DNA of 64,000 nt from Octopus vulgaris (Eukaryota), in the NCBI GenBank assembly GCA_951406725.2, contig OX597842.1, positions 28,954,001 through 29,018,000 on the forward strand, given 5' to 3'. The notes below the pieces were generated by a model that had not been told where the DNA came from, did not search any database, and saw only the letters and a list, made by a program, of their open reading frames with translations. Below, piece by piece: positions 39,001-50,700 of the stretch (within the stretch, counting starts at the first letter, position 1; each line of letters opens with the position of its first letter). Both the position numbers and the translations under genes were made by a program.

Positions 39001-41694
39001 AGATGTCATCATTGACTTCTACAACTCCATCCTTCGACACTTGATTGACTGTGTTACCGACTCTCTGTTGACCAGCTACTCTTGGCCCGTCACGGAGTTT
39101 GTAGATGCCACAGCACAACGGAGTCATGACAACGGTGAGTTTTGATGGCACACAACCTGTGTCATAATGTCTTTTATATATATGTTTGAGGGAGTGTGTG
39201 TGTGTGAATGTATGTACTCTTATTTCAGTCATTTGACTGCAGCCATGCTGGAGCACTGCCTTTAATCGAGCAACTCAACCCCGGGACTTATTCTTTTGTA
39301 AGCCCAGTACTTATTCTATCGGTCTCTTTTGCTGAACTGCTAAGTAACGGGGAGTGTTTATTGAGCGAAAACACCTAAAAGCTCCACGAGGCTCCGGCAG
39401 GGGATGGTGGTGATCCCTGCTGTACTCTTTCACCACAACTTTCTCTCACTCTTACTTCCTGTTTCTGTTGTACCTGTATTTCAAAGGGTCGGCCTTGTCA
39501 CTCTCTGTTTCACGCTGAATATCCCCGTGAACTACGTTAAGGGTACACGTGTCTGGAGTGCTCAGCCACTTACACGTTAATTTCACGAGCAGGCTGTTCC
39601 GTTGATCGGATCAACCGGAACCTCCGGCAGGGGATGGTGGTGATCCCTGCTGTACTCTTTCACCACAACTTTCTCTCACTCTTACTTCCTGTTTCTGTTG
39701 TACCTGTATTTCAAAGGGCCGGCCTTGTCACTCTCTGTTTCACGCTGAATATCCCCGTGAACTACGTTAAGGGTACACGTGTCTGTGGAGTGCTCAGCCA
39801 CTTACACGTTAATTTCACGAGCAGGCTGTTCCGTTGATCGGATCAACCGGAACCCTCGTCGTTGTAACCGACGGAGTGCTTCCAAATACATACCTATTAA
39901 CACTTTATAGTTTACTTACATCTACACATCAATCTAAAACAACAGAGGTCCTAAAGGAAGGCTGGAATTTCAGAGAAGAGAAAAGCAAAATATCTCACGC
40001 TATTTGTCTAAAAGTTCCTGAGTAGAAATTATTATTATTATTACTTCTGCCTTTGAAACTATTTTGAATGCGGAATTTGTTAAGTTTGGCTTCTTTTAGA
40101 TAAGGATAAACTGTTTATTACTGTTACTGAATTTTCTACAGCCACCTTCACATTCCATGACCACCACTGGGATCGATCAGGTACCGGACAAGGGATCTTT
40201 CTCTTTTCTCTTTTCCTTGTTTTCAGTCATTTGACTGCGGCCATGCTGGAGCACCGCCTTTAGTCGAGCAACTCGACCCAGGGACTTATTCTTTTGTAAG
40301 CCCAGTACTTATTCTATCGGTCTGTTTTTGCCGAACTGCTAAGTTACGGGGACATAAACACACCAGCATCGGTTGTCAAGCAATGCTAGGTGGACAAACA
40401 CAGACACACAAACACACAGACACACACACATATATATATATATACATATATACGACGGGCTTCTTTCAGTTTTCCGTCTACCAAATCCACTCACAAGGCA
40501 TTGGTCGGCCCGAGGCTATAGTAGAAGACACTTGCCCAAGATGCCACGCAGTGGGACTGAATCCGGAACCATGTGGTCGGTAAACAAGCTACTTACCACA
40601 CAACCACTCCTGCGCCGATCTGGATTATTTTTCCATTTCTTTTTTACTGAATTGTTGAGAGTGGTCAGATTCATTTTTAGTATTCTCGTTTGCGAGAGAT
40701 GTTGAATTTATTTCAGCTGTTCTCATTTTAAAAATCATCTCTGGTTAATCGTTGGTATTGATGTTGGTGTTGCCTTGGTGGAGGTTTCTGCTCTCTCAGT
40801 GCTCTTAATATTATTACTAAGGCAGCGAGCTGGCAGAATCATCATCATCATCATTATTTAACGTCCGTTTTCCATGCTAGCATGGGTTGGACGGTTCGAC
40901 CGGGGTCTGGTAAGCCATGGAGGCTGCACCAAGCTCCAGTCTGATTTGGCAGTGTTTCTACAGTTGGATGCCCTTCCTAACGCCAACCACTCCGTGAGTG
41001 CAGTGGGTGTTTTTTTATGTGCCAACGGCACAGGAGCCAGAGCAGGCTGGCAAACGGCCACGATCGGTTGGTGCTTTTACGTGTCACCGACACAGACGCC
41101 AGTCAGGCGACACTAGTAACTGCCACGCTCGAACGGTGCTTTTTCGTGTCACCAGCACGGGTGTCTTAGCTACAATTGCCATTCGAATTTTGATGTTGAC
41201 GAACTTGATTCAACAGGTCTCCTCAAGAACAGCAGGTCACTCTACGATCCAAGGTTAGCATAGCAGGCCGTCCTGCGAGCCATGCACTCACTTCATTTGT
41301 CGGGTTAACAGTATTTCACCCTTCGCTCTGATTTGAGTTCAGATTCCACTGAGGTCGACTTTGCCTCAATAAATTAAGTACCAGTTGCGCACTGGGGTCG
41401 TTCTAATTGATTAATCCCCCCCTGCCGCAAAACTTCAGGCTTTATGCCTATAATAGAAAGGATTATTACTATTATTAAGGTGGTGAGTTGGCAGAATTGT
41501 TTGCATGCTGGGCAAAATGTTTGGTGGTATTTCGTCTGTTGCTACATTCTGAGTTCAAATTCTGTCAAGGTTGACTTTGTCTTTCATCCTTTTGGGGTCA
41601 ATAATTGAAGTACCAGTGAAACACTGGGGTCAACGGATATCACTTATTCCCTCCCTCTTAAAATTGCTAAATTTGTGGTCAAATTTGAAACCAC

Positions 41695-41728
<34 letters not shown>

Positions 41729-44700
41729 TCAATATCATGTATGACTATCATTTAAACTTCTGTTTTAATTTTTTTCCTTTCCTTTTCTCCTATTTCTCCC
41801 TCCCCTTCAGATCTGCCCCCTATTCACTGGAACTCTCCAGAACATCTCCTGTTTGTAAGGGACACTTTACGGTCCCTCACACTTCCTCCATTCACCTTCG
41901 GTGATGACACCAGTGAGAAATGGTCCCAGGCTGAGCAAGATGTTTGGAGTTACATCCGTTCTGTGACTTTGGAAAGATCTGGAAAATCTGCAGTGGATCT
42001 TGTGTCAAGGTAAGGGCAACAGACATGTTGATCTTGTTGTTGTTGCTGTTGTTGTGTCACCATTTTGCTTGTTGAAACTTGACCATGCTGATCTGGGTCT
42101 CCTGTGCGCAACCGGATGAAAATCCAGTCTCTAAAACCTCTATCTTAAATGTCTTTAAATACATAGAACAGTTCTAAATCGAAATCGGAATCGAAATTGA
42201 ACCAATCCTATGACTGGCACCCAGCAGATGCCAGGACCCCTGGACTGGTGTTACGTAAAAAGCACTATCCAAATCGTGGCCAATGCCAGTGCCGCCTCGA
42301 CTGGCTCCCGTGCCGGTGGCACGTAAAAAGCACCCACTACACTCACGGAGTGGTTGGCGTTAAGAAGGGCATCCAGCTGTAGAAACACTGCTGGATCAGA
42401 CTGGGCCTGGTGCAGCCTTCTGGCTTCCCAGACCCCAGTTGAACCGTCCAACCCATGCTAGCATGGAAAGCGGACGCTAAACAATGATGATGATGATGGA
42501 AAATTCATTAAACAGTTACCAGGGTAGCAAAATTCACGCAAATAACACAGATGAAGCAACCTATTCAAAGGTAGGAACTCCGGGTAAATGTGTAGTAATT
42601 TGTGTAGTATAAGTAAATAAATGGAGTTGAATGCAGATGTTATTTGAATTCTTTTATATTCGACATATGTTTCGAAGACAACATTGGTTTTATTCCAAAG
42701 GAATAAACGGTGTAAAATGCAATCTTACACTGTTTATGCCTTTGGAATAAAACCAATGTTGTCGTCGAAACAAATGTCGAAAGTAAAAGAATTTTAATAA
42801 CATCTTCGTTCAACTCTCTTTACTCTTTTACTTGTTTCAGTCATTTGACTGCGGCCATGCTGGAGCACCGCCTTTTTTAATCGAGCAACTCGACCCCAGG
42901 ACTTTTTCTTTTGTAAGCCCAGTACTTATTCTATCGGTCTCTTTTGCCAAACCGCTAAGTTACGGGGACATAAACACACAAGCAATGCTAGTGGGACAAA
43001 CACAGACACACAAACATACACACACTCATACATATATATATATACATATATACGACGGTCTTCTTTCAGTTTCCGTCTACCAAATCCACTCACAAGGCTT
43101 TGGTGGGCCCGAGGCTATAGATTGAAGACACTTGCCCAAGGTGCCACACAGTGGGACTGAACCCGGAACTATGTGGTTGGTAAGCAAGCTACTTACCACA
43201 CAGCCACTCCTGCGCCTTCATTATTTTATATATATATATATGTATATATATATAAATGCAAGGATCCAGGTACAAGTTAGTGAGCTTGAAGCAATCTGTA
43301 TAAAAATCAACTTTCAGGAACAATAGGGGTTTATCGGTGCAGAAGTTTATGAATTAATTTTTTCCATATTGAAGAACAAGAAACTGGAAAAGGTTTGGGC
43401 AGAATTGAGGCCAGTTTGAAATATGTTTGCGACATATTTCAACTTCTAAAAGGCAAACACCTTGCAGTTACTATGGAGAATAAATCTCTCTTGTGGTAAA
43501 AATGGTGTGAAAACACTTGTTCATTCAGTGATGCCCTCTATTAGGAATCTCAGACATCAATGTTTTGAGCCATTTTGGTTCTTGTCAATGAAATGTACCT
43601 AAGAGAGATAACTCTGAAAGAACTTAGCTATAGCTTTATGTATAATCTTAGGTGCAGTGATGAGAGCAAATATGTCTGAGATTTCTGAAAGAGGGCGACA
43701 CTGAACAAACCAGTGTTTTCACACCTTTCTACCATAAGAGAAATTTATTCTCCATGGTAACTGCATGTCGCAAACATATTTCAAACTGGCCTAAATTCTG
43801 CTCATACCTAAACACCACTTCATGCTAAGGTTATTTTATAATATACGATTAGAAGTTGGGGTTGCTTGAAATGCGAATCATCATCATCGTTTAACGTCCG
43901 CTTTCCATGCTAGTTTTGACTGAGGGCTGGCAACCAGACGGCTGCACCAGGCTCCAGTCTTGATCTGGCAGAGTTTCTACAGCTGGATGCCCTTCCTAAC
44001 GCCAACCACTCCGAGAGTGTAGTGGGTGCTTTTTACGTGCCACCGGCACGGGGGCCAGTGAAGCGACGTTGGTAACGATAATGCTCAAATGATGCCCTTT
44101 TACGTGCCACGGGTACGGAAGCCAGTTGGCTATTCTGGCAACGATCACGCTCGGATGGTGTTCTTGGCACCCTACTAGCACAGGCATAAGTGCCAGTAAG
44201 GCGACGCTGGTAACGATCATACTCGAATAGCTGCTCTGTCAATGATCACACTCGTATGGTGCTCTTTGCACCCCGCTAGCACGGATGCCAGTCATTGAAA
44301 TGATTTTGATTTTGATTTCACTTGCCTCAGCAGGTCTTCGCAAGCAAAGTTTAGTGACCAAAGAAGGAAAAGGTACGCATAAGCGGGTTGGCTATGCTCC
44401 TGGCATAGGCCACGGGTTATGGTTTCATCTGGCTTGCCGGGTCTTCTCGAGTGCAGCATATTTCCAAAGGTCTCGGTCGCTAGTCATTTCCTTGGTGAAG
44501 CCTAATGTTCGAAGGTCGTGATTCACCACTTCATCCCAGATCTTCCTGGGTCTACCTCTTTCACAGGTTCCCTCAACGGCTAGGGTGTGGCACTTTTTCA
44601 CACAGCTGTCCTCATCCATTCTCACCACATGACCATACCAATGCAGTCGTCTCTCTTGCACACCACATCCAAAATTAGGGAATGGAGTAGAAAAAATCCA

Positions 44701-47700
44701 AGTCACACATGTTTCATAGCTAGTGGGAACTTTGGAAGTAATAATTATCTAAACAAGGGGTAAACCATAACAAGGGGTAAACCTGGGTACTCTCCAGGCC
44801 AAAGATATTTTGATTATATAAAGCTTATTGTTGTCAGGAGATCTCCTGTTGATTTGTTGTGGATTCAATTGAAATGCAATAGATCCATTGACACATACAA
44901 CTCCATGTCTACCCTCAGTCACATTCATGGTCTTTTTCTCTTCCACCAGGGTGCGCCACCATATACACCAAGTGGAGAAGCAGTTTGACGAAGTGTGCCG
45001 TCTCAAGTATGGTGTGTCCAACTGTACACCTACCTATGTCAACATGCCGTGGGTGGACATAATTTTGGATTGTGTCAATCACTGCCTGACCACAGTCTCT
45101 TGTCTTGATCCAAAGTCAACCGATACGGTGAGTGGTGGTCTTGGTTTATCAAGGGGTAGTGATGGGGGAACGCATTCTTTCATTTGTTTCAGTCATTTGA
45201 CTGCGACCATGCTGGAGCACCACCTTGAAGACTTTTAGTGCAGGTGGCACGTAAAAAGCACCCACTACACTCACGGAGTGGTTGGCGTTAGGAAGGGCAT
45301 CCAGCTGTAGAAACATTGCCAGATTAGACTGGAGCCTGGTGCAGCCTTCTGGCTCCCCAGAACCCCGGTCGAACCGTCCAACCCATGCTAGCATGGAGAA
45401 CGGACGTTAAACGATGATGATGATGATGATGAAATCAACACCAGGACTTATTTATTTTTTTAAAGCCTAGTACTTATTCTGTCAGTCTTTTATTGAACTG
45501 CTATGTTACGGGGATGTAAACACACAAACACTGGTTGTCAAGCAGTGAGGCAAGGACAAATACAGACACACATACATAAATATATATACACATATGTATG
45601 TGTGTGTATATATATATATATATATAAACCTCTACTTAGCAATTCAAACAATACTGAACGATATTATCTATACAAAACCATATGGAAAGTAGTTAAATAT
45701 ATTATAAATGTTATTCTAAAAATCATAAAACAAAAATAAACATTATATCGACTACGTGCGTTTCGTGACCATATATTTAAATCGATAATATTAAAAAGTT
45801 AATATTAATTCAATTTAAAAATATATAGCCACTCGTCAAGTCAAAAAATATAAAATAAATGAAGATTTTATAATTAAACAATAAATATATGTATCTTAAC
45901 ATTAAATAATCCAATAAAATTTAACAATATTGATATAAAGTAAAATCATCACTGAGATTTAAATGAAATTTAAATCTTGTATTCAAGGAAAACTTCCTAC
46001 ATGACCCTGAGTGTTAAAGAACATTGAATTGTCAGAGACCAAGCTCTCTTCAGATGCCAAGAATGCTAGACATTAATATTTCATCTACTTTTAATTCGTA
46101 ATTTAACTTCACCTGTGCTATGCTTCAGCACATCAACAAATAAACTTCATTGCATTTTTGTATAAGTCATAAACCAGCAATTCATATCATTTCAATGAAA
46201 AGCCATGGCAATGGGGAAATATTGGTATCTATTGTTCTTTAATTTAATTTAAGTTTTTGGCTCAAAAAGCAAAAAGCAAGGCCATGTAGGGGGACATGGA
46301 GTTATGTACAGGGAGGGTGTTCATACAAAGAGTTCAGGCCATTTCTGGTCAAGAGAGACTTTGAACCAAGCGGTCATTGACATCTTCACTATCTCATCCG
46401 GCAGCTTATTCCACGAATCCGCAACTCGGACGGAGAAAGCCCCTCTCCTTTGATTGAGATGAAATCGTCGTAGATAGAGCTTTCTAGAGTGACCCCCGCA
46501 GCCCACGCTCTGGAGCAGGAGTGCAGAACAGCTCTTTCGAAAGGTTACACTTTCCGCTTATGATGTTGTTCTTGGCATATAAGGTGAATTTTCTTGCCAG
46601 GTCTTTGACTAGTTGGTGTTCTTTAACACTTGGCATCATATAGGGAGTACGCACAACTGATGATGTTTGTATATATTTCTATGAGGTGAATGCTGAAAAG
46701 TTCCTGGCTGTGGATAAAAGAAAATAGAGAGGCAGATCAGTTATAAATTTACATTATTTACATTTGACGAATATTTGTCCTCATCTTGTTTGTTGCTAAC
46801 ACAATGTTTCGGCTGATGTTCTTTCCAGTCTTCATCAGGTTTCCTGGTAGAATTTCGAACCTGGATTCTCATTCCTAAGGTATTTTTCTGGTGTTGTTGT
46901 TATTCAGGTCACTGCCTGGAATCAAACTCGGCATCTTGGGGTTAGTAACCTGCGCTCTTAACCACAACGCCATATACTTGTGGCCATTTATGGAGTGAAT
47001 CCACTCCAATTATGAAGAGAGGATGAAACCCAAAAACTGACCTCAGTCTGTCTACCCTATGTGAAAGGCCTCTCCAAAAAGATACAAAAGATATGCGGCC
47101 CATATGACATCAGGACGGTATTCAAGAGTAATACAACACTTCACAAATATCTCCTTCGAGTAAAACCACCAATAGAAGAGAATATGACCAAAGACTGCAT
47201 GTACTCCATCCCATGCAGCTGTGGGAAGGTGAAACAAAGGTGAGACATGCCCCGTCCCCTCAAAATAAGGGTAGAAGAACATTGCAAAGCTGTGACACAA
47301 GGAGATATTGATAAAGCGGGTAGAGCTGATCTTGTATGGAAAAACCTCCCCCTGGGAGACAGAGAACACCACTGGAAAATACGAAAGCTAAAAGAGGCAG
47401 CACACATGCTAGGACATAATAACCTCCTAAGCAAACCTAGTGTATATGTGATTAGCATATGGGAACCAGTATTACGGAAGAATAAGAAAACTTTAGATTT
47501 ATAAACCCTAAAATTTACTCCATAATTGTCCACAGGCATATGACGTAGTGGTTAAGAACGTGGGCTACAAACCCAAAGATTCTGAGTTTGATTCCAGGCA
47601 GCGACCTGAATAATAATAATAACAATAACATCGGAAAATTACCTTAGGGATGAGAACCCAAGTTTGAAATTCCCCCGGGACACCTGATGAAAGCTGGAGA

Positions 47701-50700
47701 GTACATCAGCTGAAACGTGTTAACAACAAAGAAGATGAGGAGAAATATCCATCAAATGTAAACAATGTACATAATTCCTCATCTCTCAAGTATAGAACTG
47801 AGTTTTAAATTTATTCAACATATTCCCTGCTCAGATTCGCACGCTTATTGCTGTGGTCTCTTGGTTTTTCTAAGTCCTGTAAAAGAACTCGACTAGGCCT
47901 TTCATGAAACCCCTAAAGTGAAGAACTTTCCAGCTCCTGCTTCTCTGTGTGAAACAGAAATGGCAAGAAATTAATGTATAGTATTCGTGCTAGTTTACAC
48001 ATATTTCTAATAAGGTTGAAGAAGCACAGTTCCCTAGTCTGATGCCATAATTGATTGATTGAATAAAGTAGAGAATAGGCTTTCTCCATTTATCTTCCCG
48101 GAGCTAAAATCCTTTTGGTTGCAATGAAAGAAATGTGAGCAACATAATATATATGAATGCATCCACTTTGCTTCAGGTTTTGCTTGGTAGGGCTGGAGTC
48201 ATCTCAGGTTAATGGTCTTAGGGAGGTCATCGTGCATAGAGCTGACCTGGTCCAATGATGCTTCCCATCCCTGGCAAACCTGTACCAGTGCCTCTGCATC
48301 ACCCAAGATTATATCAAACCTCTGGAGATCATCGTTTATCATGTTCAGCCATTTGGTGCAGGGCTTGCCATGGGGCCCCTTCCAGCCTGTAGCTGCTGTG
48401 TCAAATGAGAGTGAGGCCCTGGTAGACTCCCTGGCAAGAAGAAGACAGTGTGTTTATATTTACACATATTTGTATATATATGTGTGTGTGTGTGTGTAAT
48501 TACACATAAAAATGCATGTGTACATATCTGTGTTGTATCTCTGTATTCATATTATCATTGTTGCCGTTCCATTGCTAGGTGAGGGCCACCGAGCTGTGTG
48601 TTCTGTATGAGAAAGAGAAACTCCACTCCTACCAACCTCCACAGTCTTGGAGTGAAGCAGCCATTGTGGAGAAAAATATGAGAGGTAAGTATCTGGTTTG
48701 AGGGGAGGGGTAGACCATAGCTGTTGTTTAACCCCAGGTTAATCCTGATCCAGTCAGATATTTCGTCAAAGATGTTCCAGCTGTGACCATCCCATCTTTT
48801 ATTCAGGCATAGTGTATCTAGGACTACATTATCTAATGTTTAGTATAGTACTTAGTATTAGTGGCTATAGTTGTGTTGCTTAGCCCCAGGTCAGTCCTGA
48901 TCCAGACAGACCTATGATCAAAGACGTTCCACATGTGACCATTCCATCTTTTAATCAGGTATAATGTATCTAGGACTACATTATTTAATGTATATTATGG
49001 TAGTTAGTACCAGTGGCTATAATTGTTATTGTTAATCAAAAACGTTCCAGCTGTGACCATCCCATCTTTGAGTCAGACATAGTGTATCTAGGACTACATT
49101 ATCTAATGTTTAGTATAGTAGTAAGTATTAGTGGCTAGAGTTGTTGTTGTTGTTGTTTGGTCATGGGTGATTGTGATTTGTCAGAATTGTTCTTTCAGCT
49201 CTTTGTGTTCTGATTTCAAATCCTGCAATGGTTGACTGTGTCTTTCACCCTTTCAGGGTCGATAAAATAAAGGACCAGTCAAGAACTGGGATCGATATAA
49301 TCAACTCATCTCCACCTTCCACAAGCAGCCCTTGTAGTAAAATTTGAAAATATTATTATTATTATTAGGTAATGAGCTGGCAACATCGTTAGCATTAACG
49401 AACGAAATGCTTAGCGGTATTTTGTCCATCGCAACATTCTGAGTTCAAATTCTGCTGAGGTTGACTTTGTCTTTCATCCTTTCGAGATCGATGTTAGTTA
49501 GTTAGTTAGTTAATTTTGGCTCAAAAGTAAATAGCAAGGCCATGTAGGGGGACATGGAGTTATGTACAGGGTGGTGTTCATGTAAAGAGTTCTGGCCACT
49601 TGTGGTCAAGGGAGACTTTGAACTGAGCGGTCATCAGCATCTTCACCATCTCATCCGGCAGCTTATTCCATGGATCCGCAACTCGGACGGAGAAAGCCCC
49701 CTCTCCTTCGATTGAGATGAAATCGTCGCAGATAGAGCTTTTCGAAATGACCCCGCAGCCGATGCTCTTGGAGCAGGAGTGAAGAACAGCTCTTTCGAGA
49801 GGTTACACTTTCCGCTTATGATGTTGTGAGCAAGAATGAGATCACCACGGCATCATCGTTCTTCTAGAGAATAAAGGTCGAGCGTCTTCAGCCTTTCTTC
49901 ATAAGACAAATGCTTGAGACCAAGAACCATGCAGGTAGCCAGCTTCTGGACTCTTTCGAGATGCTGTATGTCTTTGAGGAGATAAGGAGAAGAGGCTTGA
50001 ATCCCGTATTCCAATATGGGTCTCACCAGCGTGCAGTGTAATCGACTAGTCCCCTACCACAAAATTTCAGGCCTTGTGTCTTTAGTAGTAAGGATTATTA
50101 TTATTATCATCATCATCGTCATCATCATCATTTTTCTTATTTCTGTCCACAGAGAGCTGCAACCTGGAATCTACATTTTATCGATCCATTGACATCCGCA
50201 ACAAAGAACTACGGGAGACTCTGTCTGCTAGTAAATCTCTACACCAAGATAAGCCCTCAAGCTGGGATTCCACCCATGACGACCACCACCAATTGGCTGA
50301 AACTGTAAAGGCTTCAATTGGTGCCGAACGTACGAAGAGTGATGGGTTTGAGTCTTTCTTAATGCAGTCGGTGGTGGGAGGTGATCTGCAGTATGAGGAC
50401 GACACATGGCAAGAGGAGAGAGACGGGTACTCTGAGTTCTACCCCAGGGGTGTCAGCAGTGCTGGTATTGATGAGGGTAAGGAAGTGGAGGAGTGGAAAA
50501 TTCTGAAGAGGAAGGATACATTTGATTGCAATGTTGAGCTTGGTTGTGGCTCCGTAGAACCACATGCATCAAAGGTGAAGCTGTCCCTTAGCCCTATTTC
50601 TTATCCTGGGGACTTTAGTGTCCCTGAGGTCAGAGACAAGCTGTCCCTTGAAGATAGGCTGTTGATCCTCAGGGACCAGATTGACTACAACAAGAGAACG

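Noticed and set aside
47535-47610. tRNA gene
   Set aside because: tRNA-like A/B boxes but an imperfect cloverleaf, embedded in a multi-copy repeat; treated as an element head.
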